A stretch of DNA of 64,000 nt from Lama glama. Taxonomy: Eukaryota. Shown here piece by piece: positions 11,505 through 24,289 of the stretch. Numbering within the stretch: position 1 is the first letter of the stretch; every line of letters starts with the position of its first letter. Location: the NCBI GenBank assembly GCA_028534125.1, contig CM052816.1:82338001-82402000 (forward strand). The letters are read 5' to 3'. Both the position numbers and the translations under genes were made by a program. Below the pieces are notes generated by a model. It was not told where the DNA came from. It did not search any database and saw only the letters and a list, made by a program, of their open reading frames with translations.

Positions 11505-13449
11505 TTTGCTTTAAGTATACATTAAGCCTGGCTATAAGAAAAAAGAAGAAACATGTGAAAATTCATTTTTGCTACCATGTTTGCAGTAATAATACCTATT
11601 TTCTGAGATTCTTGAGTATTTCATTAAATTTACTTTAAAATTTAATTATGTAAAACCAGTGCATTAGAGCTCGTAAAATCATCATGGCTTGGAAGATGAT
11701 CTGTCAAGGGTTGCACACCCAGGGGACCTGGGGAGGCTGCATTACCAATTACCAAAATACGCTTAATGCAAGCCCATTCTTCTTACATGATACAGCATTT
11801 ATTGGAAATATTCCAAAGCCTTATGAATATGTATGCCCCAAATTGTCCATTTAGCTTAGCAACAGAGAAGTATTTTCTATTGCATTATACAATATTGGCC
11901 ATCAATTACTTTTAAAAAATATGCTGCTGAAGGTTTTGAATAAGCATGCAGGTAGAAGCTACAATAATACACACCTTTGTCATATATTAAAAAAAATTAG
12001 AAGACAGCTCCTGATACGTGCACACACACCTGCAGAGTAGGTACAAACTGGGCTTCCTCCATAAAAATGTTTCTGATTAAGACAGTTTTTATTTTAAGTA
12101 TGCTAAGTATTGACATTACTGCTTTTATATGGATCTACCAGTTCAATCATTTTTATGAGTACATCTCTTTGACCGTGACCCATCAACTTAATCCCCAAAT
12201 CATGTCACTGAATTTGTTTAGAGAGAGTTTTAGACAAGAAGGAGGTCTGGGAGAGTGAGGCAGAGAGACTGTGATGATGATGTTCTTAAATAGAGAAAGA
12301 AACATTTTGTTTTCTATAATTCTGTTGTATTGTTCAGTATCACATTCCCAGGAATCTTACTAAAGTGAGCAAGTGTAATATTCTCTGTTTTCTAAGTATG
12401 TATCCATTTTTTCACTCAATAATTATTAGCAATTACTGATTTCTAAATGCAGCTTTACCAGCCAATCACATAAGCTATACTTGGGGACACGGAGAGAAGA
12501 CATGTAAAAATCAGAGTCTAATGCAAATGATATGTCATGGATCTGTATGATAAGCTGCCCTCCAAGTTCCTTTTAACATTTGGTTTGAATTAGGTTTAAT
12601 TGTGCAGGAAAGATTCTGAGTGCTTATTCAGTAAGATGCTTGTCATTGCTGGCTATCATATGCAGGTAGTTTGGCATCAAGGAGAAAATAGTCCTTCAGT
12701 TTTCTTATTTCCTTAAGAAAAAACAGTTAGATGTTATCTTTTGATGAAGAGAAATCATCTAGCAGAACTGAACCCCCCACCAAAACCCCAAACATACTGA
12801 GAATAAATCAAGACTCATGAAATCACTTATTTTGAAAAGTGTTTCTTTATTTAGCACTTTTAGCAGTTGGACCCATTTGTTTAAGATTGCCATTCTAAGG
12901 AATAAATTTTCAAAATCTACCAGGTATCCAGCCATATTCCTACCAAGTCATATGTCATAAAATTCTGGCTATTGGAAGTTTAGACAGATTATTTGGAAAC
13001 TTGACATATATTTCTATATAATAAATAGGAGTCCCATGAAAGATGGGAAAAACAAAGCAAGAGATAATCTTCCTTTGAACTTCCCCAAATTAAGTTCCAC
13101 ATATTTCCAAATATTTATAGTTTTCTAGAGAAGAAATTGTGTTACCTACCTGAAATGATCATTTCCAGAATGCTTCTTTTGAACATGCCTGTATTTGCTT
13201 AGGCTGGAATGGAATTTATGGGTACATATGTGAATATTTTTAATCTGATTTCTTATATTTTAAAGAGAGACCATATTACTCAGTTTTCTCTTTGGGACAT
13301 TTTATTAGGAATTCAGCTTGACAAAGACTTGAAGACGTTCACTTTAACTTCTCTGCTTTGCTGGCTCCTGTCCTCTACCAGCCTCAGAGCCTTCAACCTT
13401 TCAAGCTGTAGTTTTCAGAAACTATTAAGTCCTTTGGATTTTATCGTCT

Positions 13450-13946
13450 AACAGTTATCAATTCCCTCCTATTTCAGTAACAAGCCATGCCCAAACTCAG
13501 TGAGCATAAAATAACAGCAGTGGGATAACTAATCTCCACTTCATGGTGTCCAGGAAGACTCGAAGGATGGGGTTTCAAATCATCAGAAGGCATCTTCTCT
13601 CACCTCTGGTAGCTGATTGTGTAGCAAGGCTGGGACCTCAGCTGAACTGCCAGCTGGCATTTACAAGTAGACTTTCCATGTGGTTTCCCTGTAGGAACTA
13701 GTTTGGGCTTCCCCACAGGGTGGCACTTGGGTTCTAAGAGCAAGTATTTTAAGAGGACCAGGTGGAAACTGTACCACATTTTATGACCTAACCCTAGAGG
13801 TCACATAGCGTCTCTGCTGCTGTAATTACAGGGGGAGAAAATATTGACCCTGCCTCTTGGTGGGAGGAGTCTGCAGGTCACAAGGGGGCTTGGAGTTATA
13901 GGATGGGAGTTGTGGCAGGCACTTTGGGAAAATACAATCTGCCACA
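13450..13946 (-). mobile_element. MaLR solo LTR (MLT1H-like)
   Basis: Reverse complement begins TGTGGCAGATTGTATTTTCCCAAAG, the MLT1H 5' end. Confidence 0.8.
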
Positions 13947-13949
13947 TTT

Positions 13950-15365
13950 TCCCTCTTCTCCTTACCCACAGTCATTATTTTAGGTCTGTGTCTCATCATA
14001 TTTTGCTGGGACATTAGAGCTGATGCCCTACTATCTGGCCTCACTGCCTGCCCTCTAATTCTTTTCACATCCACCCTCCAGGTAGCATAAGGGTGACCTA
14101 TTTAAAATGGAAATCTGTCCATCATTTCTTTTCCAAAACCCTCAAGGCTCCCTATAGAAGAAAGACCCCTAACCTGGCATTTAAGCTCCTCATAACCTGT
14201 TTGCCAAAACCTATAACCTGTTTACATGGCACTCTCCAACAAAAACAAATTTTCCTCACTTTTCTCTCATTCCGCATCACTCATATACACAGGCTTCCCA
14301 TGCCTTTTCCATGGTGTCTGCTCTCCCTCAATTCTATCCTCTGCCCTGTTCATCTTCCTCCAGCTAATGCATTCCAATTCTCTGCAAATAGGATCAGGCA
14401 TTACCTCCTCCACCCAGTGTACAACATGATTTCAGCTTATCTTCTAAATTATAATTCTTATTTCTACCCACTATGCCTCTTTCCCCCCCACCTATTAAAA
14501 GAAAATATAATCTTCAGTTTATATGGCTGTTATAAAATGAATTACTTGAATTTAAGATATTGAAAATTCTTATAACAATATGCAGCCCGTGGGAACTGCT
14601 CAAAAAATGTTAAGTGTCATTATTGTGATTACTAACCACTTGCATCTTATACTTCTGGCAAACTGAAGTAATTCTGGAAAATGTCTTGCCTCAGTGTCTT
14701 TGCTTATGTTCTTTTCTGCATCAAATTCTCTACCCCAGTCTCCACCTAGACCTATTTTTCCTACCCCTCATCTTATTTTAAAGTCCACAATTTCTCAAGA
14801 AAGGCATCTGCAATGGACTGAACGTTTGTGTTCCCCCAAATTCATGTATTGAAATTAATGCCCAATGTGACGGTATTAGGAAGTGGATCCTTTGGGAAGT
14901 GCTTAGGTCATGAGGATAGAGCCCTCATGAATGGGATTAGCGCCCTATAAAAGTGACCCCAGAGAGCTAGCCTGCTACTTCCCCACTGTGAGAACTCAGC
15001 AAAACAATGACTATCTAGGAACCAGGCAGTGGATTCTTGCTAGACACTAAATCTGCCTGTGTGCCATGATCTTGAACTTCCCACCTGCAGAACTATAAGA
15101 AATAAATGCTAGTTATTTATAAGCCACCTAGTCTCTAATATTTTGTTATTGCACCTCTTAAGAGACTGAGACAGCATCTTTCTTCTCCAGACTTTAAGTC
15201 CTCACCTTTTTTTGTGTACGTTCTGGAATCTGCATATTCTATTTTTTCATGTTAGTTTGTTTGAATGTGTCTTGTTTATGGAATCCTCGAGGGTAAGGAT
15301 TACATCATATATTTTTTATCACTTTAATTCCTAACATTCTGCCTTCTTGGCATAGAGTAATAGTC
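13950..15365 (+). mobile_element. L2 LINE fragments, interrupted by MLT1A
   Basis: Pyrimidine-rich sense L2 motifs (CTATTTAAAATGGAAATCTG; GAGGGTAAGGATTAC...TTGGCATAGAGTAA). Confidence 0.6.
14809..15173 (+). mobile_element. MaLR solo LTR (MLT1A/MLT1A0)
   Basis: 365 bp, TG...CA ends, AATAAA signal, perfect TSD GCATC. Confidence 0.9.
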
Positions 15366-15749
15366 ACTGCTATAAGGTAGACCTAAGGCAAAATACTTCA
15401 TCAGACATGTTGATATTATTAAACCAAGGCAAATGTACATTAAATTTGATGTTTTGTTTTGTTGTACTATGTCATATATATTATGGATTTTATAAGATAT
15501 ATTTAGTGCTTTGTATTATAAGGTAGAAACTTGTCAAATGTTAACTTTATTTTCTAGTTTAAAATTTTTTTGGTATTCTGATTATTCCAACTTTGTGTCT
15601 TGTTTCCCTTCAATTATCTTTATTTAATTTCTTTCTAAATTAATGCAAAGAGAGATGATTATACAGACTGTCCTGAAAACTATCCTAAGTAGAGCTTTTA
15701 AAGAGATATTTATAATTGTTAATTTATAATTTATTTTGAATCTAAAATT

Positions 15750-16240
15750 TATTCATGAATACTCAATTGGTACCTAACATGGGATAAACTTTGGGGCTTC
15801 AGGAATTAACAAGATGTAACTTTCTTCCTTAAGGAGCTTAGCATCTTAAGTAAAGAGGGAGGAATCAGAAGGAGATACAGATATAGAGGTAGGAGAGTTC
15901 AAAGGGGCTGATATTATTTTCAGCCAAGAAGAGCAATACAGGGTTTATTGGAGGACATGGTATTTGGTCTGAGTCTTGCAGGATGAGGTATGATTGGATC
16001 TGGTGAGCAGAAGAGTTGTCCAGTGAATGTGACAACGTGAACATAGCTATTTGGTGGGAAGGCCCAGGGGCGAGTGAGTATGGGGCACAGAGTGGTTGAA
16101 AGATACTGTAAGTGTAAAGGGAGGAATATGAAAGGTAGTTGGAGCCTGGTGTCAAAATCTGCTTGGTTCTATAGGCGATTTGAAGCCGTTAAAAGGTCTA
16201 GATGTGATCAGACTGAGTTAAGGGAAATTGCACAAGGGAA
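15750..16240 (-). mobile_element. L2 LINE fragment
   Basis: Antisense L2 3' motifs (CCTTAAGGAGCTTAGCATC; TTTGGTCTGAGTCTTGCAGGATGAG). Confidence 0.65.
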
Positions 16241-17509
16241 AAAAACCACTGAGGTGAACTGATTAGTAAAAACATCTGACCTCAAATACTTTCTCTGTAA
16301 ATGTTTAAAGAAAATCTAATTTGGATGTGGATATATTTGCTTTTCCACTGGCAATCCTATTTCATAAGCTTGAGGTTGCTTTTTAGGTGAGGATTTTCAG
16401 TCACTCCTAATCCAGATAGGAATCACTCCAGTGAATGACCCTGAGGTGACAGCTCCACAAACCAATTACAATACTCAGGAGATCTCTGCACAGGGTCTGT
16501 GTCACTCTGATTTCAATTAACATCTCTCTTAATTAGAAAGAAATGCAGAGGTGCAGAGGGTGATACTTTTAATTCTTTGCCCCTTGTCTAGCTTTCTGTG
16601 CATTTGATATATGAGATAGCATAGGTGGAAATTCGGAGAGCCAAATTCATGGAGAATTTGATTATACAATAAGAGTCAGGTAAATTACATGCAATTTTAA
16701 GTTTATGCCAACCTCCACATTTGTCTTGAAGAAATCATATAGTTGTACTTTAGAAGGTATTTCTGTGGACTTCACACGTGGAACTGTTATGGGCAGTACT
16801 CTAATTAAGATAACATCATACTTAGAAATTAGGTCCCTAATTCAGTCTCCGATAGAAAACTCGGGGATATAGCTGCTCACCCCCAAAACAGCATAACAAC
16901 AATACAAAACAAGAGTTGCTTCATTGTGCCAACTGAACTTCTAGACACATTAGTACATGTGTTAATTTACCCCGTGTGGCGGTGCTTTGCGTATATAAGC
17001 TGAGAATATTACTTCAGCCAAAGGGAAGACCCCAGATCACCCCTATCATCCCAGCTTTCTTATCTTTTCAGAAAGCCGGATAACCTGACCTTAACTACAT
17101 AGCCCATGTGATAAAACGTCAGAGGCAGATCATTGCTTCCTGAACTTAAAGCTAACTGTACTCAAATAAGAGGGAAAATGCCTTATTATAAAAATGGTAA
17201 GAGAAAAGCAACTCAAAAGGGGTTTTAAATTATTGTGAAGTCATTGCCGTGTAATACATATTCAGTAGAGACGGTAACAGAAAATTCTACTAGAAGTATC
17301 TACAGGTATTAAACACAGATGTCTGAAAGTAGGAGTCCCTAATCTACAGCTTTATATCATCTCCCTTTAATTAAAGAGGAGAAACACTTTCATTTAATTT
17401 TAACAGAACCTGTGAAATGCTTTCATCATGTCATACATATTGTGATAAGAGACTAATACAATTAATGGAAATTGGATTTCCCCCTTTTTTAGGTCAATAA
17501 AGATAGCTT

Positions 17510-17730
17510 CCATTTGCTGACAGTTTGCTTTATAAATGCTTCACATAAATTCTCTTATTTCTTTCTCACAACATTATGTGGCTGATTCTATTCCATTCAT
17601 TTTACAGGTGAGGAAGCTGTGTTTAAACATGTTCAAAGATGTTCCCAAATTTACAAGCAATTAAATGAGAGTCTATGTTGGGATCTGGGTTAGCGTGAAT
17701 TCAAAATCTGAACTATTTCCCACCACATTT
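17510..17730 (-). mobile_element. MIR SINE
   Basis: CATTTTACAGGTGAGGAAGCTG core motif. Confidence 0.75.
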
Positions 17731-18205
17731 TAATGATGTCATGAAATATCTTTGACTCTGCTGTGGGAATGGCATTTTAAACTGTTCCTTAAATCAACAT
17801 TTAAGGCATGGGGCTTCAGCTGCATCTTTAGCAGCATCCTATAAATTGGGACCTCGTAATACCAAAACTGTGGGGTTCATGGGCAAAATATGCGAAACTG
17901 AATCAGGAAAGGTTCAATTTGTAACTTTTAAGTTGCTTTTTCAGATCCCTCAGTTGATGAATGTAACTGTGGGTTAGAAATGAAACAGCACTGTAAATTG
18001 AAGCAGTTCTCCTTGGTTTTAGTCTGGATAACTTAGTTGTTATGTTTCTTTTCTTATACTTGTTTTCCTGTTCACAAAGTAGTGTGATTGTGAGAGTAAC
18101 AGCCCTTTATATTTAGGACAATCTTTACATAGCATGGTTCAGCCATTTAGAACTGAAATGAAGCTTAGGATCACAGTTTAAATAAATATTTTACTTCAGA
18201 CTGAG

Positions 18206-18542
18206 TGCTAAGGGCCGAGTGTTTGTGTCCTTCCAACTACATCTATTGAAAGTTTATCTCCAAAGATGATGCAGGATAGGAGGTAGGTCATTTGGGAGGA
18301 ATTTAGGTCAGGAAGATGAAGCCCCGTGAATGAGATCAAGACCCTTAGATATAAAAGAGACCCCGGCGGTTCCTCACCCCTTCATCATCCTGTGAAGACA
18401 CAGTGAGAAATCTGCCTTCTGGAAGAGGACACTCACCTGACCATGCTGGCTGGCCGATCTCAACAACTGTGAGAAATGAATTTCTGCTGCTCTTAAACCA
18501 CCTAGTCTGTGATATTTTGTGATAGCAGCTTGCACTAAGACA
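18206..18542 (+). mobile_element. MaLR solo LTR (MLT1A/MLT1A0)
   Basis: TG...CA ends, MLT1A motifs, perfect TSD CTGAG. Confidence 0.9.
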
Positions 18543-19259
18543 CTGAGATCTCAAAGTTTTCCAGTAGGAGGTCCTGCTTTTTTCTTATTCCCTTATCTGA
18601 ATAAATTCAGTAGGTCTAGTGATTTTTCAGCTCGGAATCATGCCTCGTAGCTGACCACACACCTTGAATTTCAGCTAGCGCCAAGGGCCGCTTCTTGGGT
18701 TTGTCCCGTCAATGTCTAATTTAGGAAAACGGGATGCAGCAGCCTCCTTGTACTATTTATACACATCCAGTACTTCTACGCCCTGAAACCCTCAGGGACA
18801 GTCAAGGAAACTTCACACTTTTGTGTCATTTTTCTGCTCAGATTCAAGGCCATCAGAATTATAATTAATTTGCATTTTAGACCCTTCTTTAGAAATGCTG
18901 CTGGTGGATAAAGTAAAGCAAGAAGGACCCACTGCTCTGCATACACTTGATTAGGAATTCTGGTTAATTACTCATTACGTCCATCCCTTTACATTTCTGG
19001 AAATTTATAGAGAAAATTGTTTCTTCCCGCTTTGTGTCAAAAAAAAAAAAATCCCTTCAGCACAGGAAAGCGTTTCTTTTTCAGAGATCAGATACTTAAG
19101 TGACCTTTGTTAAAAATACTTTTCTATCCTAAAGTTTTCCCTTGCCTTTTGGTTGTTGAAAAACAGCCTAAGTCTGAACAAAAAAGACAATTTTTATAGT
19201 TAGGTTTACTAAAAGCCCAGCAAGGAAGAAAATGAACTCTTTGGTTTTTTTTTTTTTAA

Positions 19260-19370
19260 TGTAACAAATACTTATATTTCAAGTGCTTTAAAATATTAGC
19301 TCATTTAATCCTTAGTATAAAGCTGTGAGTAGAGCAGAGTACTATTACAATCTCATTTTACAGAGGTGAC
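19260..19370 (-). mobile_element. MIR fragment
   Basis: CTCATTTAATCCT...CTCATTTTACAGAGG. Confidence 0.65.
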
Positions 19371-19729
19371 TAGGTATTATTATATGGGCAATGACAAAAT
19401 GTTTGAGTCCTGTATACAGATTTAGAGTTACAGCAGGAGTAAAAAGGTTGATTACTTGCTTCTTTAAAGAGCCATTCTTTCTTTGTAGCAGCTTTCTTAG
19501 GTTTAATCTCAGTGGTGAGTCAAATTCATATTATGAGCAGCTTCTCCAAGAATTCTAGTGGACAAGCTCCTGAACTTAATTCCAAAGATGAACTTAGTGT
19601 ATTAAATTCTGCACCACACTGAGTCGCATTATAGTGAAGCTTCAACATGGGTTCTTTTTATAGTTAGAGAAGCAAATTAAAGGAGATTTCATTTGCTTTT
19701 GAGCCACTCTCCCATTTAATTGTCCACAT

Positions 19730-19930
19730 TTATAGAATAGGTGGTAGCATCCGCTGTTGGAAAGGATAGCCGGAAGCAATTGAGTTCTGTTTGTTCCTTA
19801 ATGGACTATCTGTGTGATGTTAGGTAAATCCCTTTACCTTTTTCTGATTTTTTGTTTTCTTCTCAGTAAAACAAGAATAATGCCACTTTCATTTCCCTTC
19901 CTATTTCCTAGGAATAGTCTGTGAAAAAAA
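19730..19930 (+). mobile_element. MIR SINE
   Basis: CTGTGTGATGTTAGGTAAATCCCTTTACC...CAGTAAAACAAGAATAAT. Confidence 0.6.
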
Positions 19931-20221
19931 CGCAAACCAGCTGTGGCTCACGAGGAGGAGAGGCACAACTGGGCGGCCCCTTTGCTTTGCTTTTAGACTA
20001 CTTGTAATATTATCCACTGTTCTTGCCTAAATGGTGTTTTGTGATTTTGATGCACAATGAGTCCTTGCGCAGTTTGTCAAACATTCTATTACAAAAGCTT
20101 TTGATAAAAGCAATATTTTAACACTTTTCTGTCTCTAAAAGACTGCCCCTTTAGATTGTATCTGCTTTGATGTAATGGGCAGAGAGGCTAACTTTTTTAT
20201 TGTTTTACACAAATATTTATT

Positions 20222-20400
20222 TACGTATTTTCCATGAAAAAACTGAAGTATAGTCAGTTTACAATGTTGTATCAATTTCTGATGTACAGAATGATATTGC
20301 AGTCATACATATACATACATATATTCATTTTCATATTGTTTCATTATGGGTTACTCCAAGGTATTGAGTGTAATTCCCTGTTCAACACAGTATAAACTTG
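20222..20400 (-). mobile_element. Severely 5'-truncated lineage-specific L1 (3' tail only)
   Basis: Same 3' end as the L1 at 29.6 kb. 16-bp TSD TACACAAATA(T/A)TTATT at 20206-20221 and 20401-20416. Confidence 0.85.
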
Positions 20401-20449
20401 TACACAAATAATTATTACATGTCTACCAAAAATGAATGGGTGGGAAGTA

Positions 20450-20600
20450 ATTTGGTCAACATTAAAGCAGAATTTAGAAACCGTGGTTTTTAGCTTCTGC
20501 TTTACCACTTATGGACCCTAGTCTTCAGATGCATTATTTAAGTTAGCTTATATTTGGTTTCCTCATCTATTACATGAAGCTACTAATATCTCTTCTGCCT
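20450..20600 (+). mobile_element. MIR fragment
   Basis: TTTCCTCATCTATTACATGAAG core motif. Confidence 0.55.
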
Positions 20601-21329
20601 TTGAAAACCATAGATGCCACTTGTCTTATTGATTTGTATTGATAAATGACAGTGATATTTAGAAATGAAGCTAAGGGAGTGATGGGAACTGTTCTAGTTA
20701 TGCACAAGCAATCATGCCGTTAGTCCTTTTAAGTTAAATGGTGCTGTAGTATTTTAACTATGTACTTTTTCTTAGGAAATCCAGGCTGTTAATAGGAACT
20801 TATTGGTACCATGAAAAAGCTATTTAAGTATTTTCTCAGCGCTTCCAAAGTTTTGGCTAACTTTGGATTTCTTTGCAGATTTTCTTCAGTCTCCTGTAGT
20901 TTTGTGGAGAATACTCATAGTCTTTACTATGAGCTAAAGTCAAAAAAGCATCAGGCTCCTACTTAACTCCTCTTTTTCCTCTATACATGTCTAAATTGGA
21001 TTTACCATCTTTCCTCCAAAAAGACTTTCTTCTTCTGAATTTCCTATTTCATACACATTATAGGATGTAAACCTAGAGTCATCACAAAATCTTCCTCATT
21101 CCCGTGTTCTCTCTTTAACTCCATTTTGCCCATCAACACCTATGAATCATCAAGAATCATTGATTTCTTCTTCCTCCTATTGCTTATATATGCTCCACTG
21201 CGTATGTATTTCTTTTAGAAACTTTGAATATGTATGAGGAGCAGCATGTCAGTGGGTGAGATGCGTGCACCAGGAGAATTAAGGCCACTGAAAAAACTGT
21301 TGATAATAAAACCTAAAGGTAAGGCTAGT

Positions 21330-21353
21330 CAACAACAACAACAACAACAACAA
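21330..21353. repeat. (CAA)8 microsatellite
   Basis: Read directly from the sequence. Confidence 0.95.
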
Positions 21354-21644
21354 CTACGTATTGTCTTCTTTAAAACAGATTTGAAGAACAGATTTGAAAA
21401 GAGCAGCATGCTACTTAAGCATTTACTGACATGAAAATTAAAGCAAATCAAAAATGCTAGTGTAAGCATTCACTAGTTTAAGACAAGATCAAGCAATATT
21501 GACGTCTTATTTAATAACAAAGCTAATGACAATAATAAAATATGTTGATAGTTTTTGGGTGTCTTGTGTGTGTGCATGTTGTATTATATGTGTATTTTTG
21601 TGTAGGAGTTGCTGTTATAAGATATACTATTATCATGCATATAA

Positions 21645-21880
21645 AAAAAGCAGCTAACACATATTAGACATTCTACTAGATGACTTTCCAGATAGATTCT
21701 TATTTAAATTTTATAACAGTTCCATGCAAGTACTGTTATTATGCCCATTTTACAGATGACTGTGACTGAGGCTAAGGGCAATTGTTTGCTTAGAGTTACA
21801 GATATCTAGTAAGCTGCACAGATGGGATTCTAGCCCAGGATTTTCAAATTCAGAGGCCAATCTCTTACCCTCAACACATG
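21645..21880 (-). mobile_element. MIR SINE
   Basis: CCCATTTTACAGATGACTGTGACTGAGGCT...GGGATTCTAGCCCAGG. Confidence 0.8.
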
Positions 21881-22359
21881 CTCCAGTTCTGTCTCATGAA
21901 AATTTCATCTTGATCCTTTATAAGCAGTCATACTATGAACCTTATCAGGCAGAACCATTCACAATAGGACCTAAACTGTGACTCTATTATCAGGGAAGTA
22001 ATATACAACTGATTAACTTGCCTGTTTATTTAATACACTTTGTTTATTGAAATTTGCTTCTCTATTGAAACTTTAAAAATTAAATTCAAACTGTGTGTGG
22101 CTGGGTTGATGACAGGTCACTGAATGGGAGAGAGCTGATTGACTAGGAGAAGGGAGAGCAGCATGGGTCTATGTATGTGGAGGGACCTGGAGAGGGTAGA
22201 ATTGGGCTCTGTCACAGAGCCTGCCTTGGGGTTGACCTCTCAGTGAGCCCAAATTGTTCTGTGCTTGACTCTTGCAGGGAAGTTTTGAGTGGTTCCCCAC
22301 CCCACTGGACAGTCTGTGATATACTATGGCTATTGTACAAGGTAAATGTATACGTAAGG

Positions 22360-22585
22360 CAGTGGTTTTCAGCTGGAGGTAATTCTCACCACGCCCTGGG
22401 TGGCATCTGGCAATGTCTGAAGACATTTGTGATTGTCATGACTGGGTTGGGGAGGGGTTGCTACTGGCAACTAGTGGGCAGAGGCTAGAGATGCTGCTGA
22501 ACATCTGACAATGCACAGGCAGGCCCCCTGACACAGAGAATTATCTGGTCCGAAATGTCAATAGAGCCACTGTTGAGAAACCCTG
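22360..22585 (+). mobile_element. MER20 (hAT-Charlie)
   Basis: CAGTGGTTTTCA...GGCAATGTCTGAAGACATTT...GTTGAGAAACCCTG, a full-length MER20 pattern. Confidence 0.9.
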
Positions 22586-22887
22586 ATAAAGGGAAATTGG
22601 TCCTCTGCTTCATCACACAGAATTCAGCAAGTGTTGTTTTGACACAGTGTAAACTCTTAACCATTAACGGGAAGCACTGTAAGCCATAGGGTCACATAGC
22701 AATGGTTATGGTAAAGCTTCCTGATGCATTTTCATCTTGATGTGGGAGAATCTGGCAGTAATCTAGGGCATTATTTATATGGAAGTATTTGTGGGGCATT
22801 CTCTGATGACTTCCAGAAATAGTACAGAAATAAGTTGGAAAGAAAACCAGAGATTTCTCCTTTCTCTCCCTGCTCACCTCATCTGAA

Positions 22888-22933
22888 TCCTTCTTCCTTT
22901 CCTTCCTTCCTTCCCTTCCTTCCTTCTTCCTTT
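22888..22933. repeat. (TTCC)n-type simple repeat
   Basis: Read directly from the sequence. Confidence 0.85.
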
Positions 22934-24289
22934 CAAACAAAATAATTTTGCACTATTATGTGTTAGCCAATCTGTATAGATACAAAGAGGAAAAAGACAA
23001 AATATCAAAATGGAAGTAAAATGTTTTAGAATGTCTATGATGCTGTATAGTAGTATCTGTCTATCTATTTAGAACATAATTATGATGAAACCTAGGGCAT
23101 AAATTAAATACACATATGGGTCAGACAAATTTGCTCAAGCAAAGACAGCCACACTTTAACCTTGTATTTCCAAATTTAATTATGTGTGAATTTTTAGAAA
23201 TTTATGCAATTTAATCACAAGGGAAACCAGATAAGATAGTTTGGATATTTCTGTGCAAACTATCATCTTTAATAGAAAAAAAAAAAAAACCAAAAACGTC
23301 CCTATGTGTGTATTTCTTTTTTGAAAAAATTATGTGTAAATTGTGTTTATAAATAAATTTTTTGTAATTATCCTCCTAGTACATTCTGCTAAAACTGAAA
23401 GGAATAGTCAAAGCTCCAGAAGAAGCAGTAAGAAAAAGAAGAAAGGCAAATATTTCAGCAAGGCAAATCCAAAGCAAACACTGAAACAAATGAGGTTACA
23501 GACAACGGCATGAATGTTAATGAACAGAAAGCCATACAGTGGAAAGCTGCTAAATGCATAGTTGAGGGAATTGAGAGGACATTTCCCTAACAGTTTGTTT
23601 CTGTTGCTTATAATTTTAAAAAAGGTACCGCAGGATGGCCCAATTCAGCCCCAACATTATATTATGCAGATGCATTACAATTCCCTACTGAAGTTCTACA
23701 GAAGAGTTGAGTCTCATTTAGCACAGTTGTTTCACACGATATCATAAAGATCAGTAAATGAATACCCAGAGCACGTGTGAAAGGCTGAGAAGTGATTGCA
23801 GTTTTGCAGCCAAGAACTAAGCATTCTTTGGAGGTTCACAATTTTGTGAGACGGAGAAAAGAAACAATACACAACAGCAACAACAGACTGAAACAAAGTT
23901 CGTTAACTTTACACGTTTACCTTCAGCATGTAATTTCTTTATATTTTTATTTATAATGATGAAACAAAAAGATTTATCATTTTTAACCAAGGGAAGAGCT
24001 CATGTTAGAAGTCTCATTTATCTTTGCGGTATCCTGAAAGGAAGACATGGTGGCACCCTTAAGATATAGCTGATAAGACAAATAATGAAGGTAGGCTTCT
24101 GTCAGACATTCAGTCTTCAAACTGGGCATCTACTTACATGTCAATTCTTTCGACAGCAGAAGAGATTTTCGTGGGTAAAAACCTATCTCGACAATCTACC
24201 CAACATTAACATTGTTCACAGGGAGGAAGAGTGGTATTTGTTTATGTACTTATTCCCTTATCTCTTTGACAAAGATTTATGAAGTTTCT

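Noticed and set aside
14093..14563. 156-aa ORF
   Set aside because: It lies largely in decayed L2 sequence and has no protein-like features.
17585..17612. TTTTACAG|GTGAGG recursive-splice-like motif (a similar one at 16386)
   Set aside because: It is a single-base variant of the antisense MIR core TTTTACAGATGAGG. The 16386 site has a short tract and an upstream AG.
21234..21434. PolyQ-containing ORF
   Set aside because: The polyQ is just the (CAA)8 microsatellite, with no other coding support.
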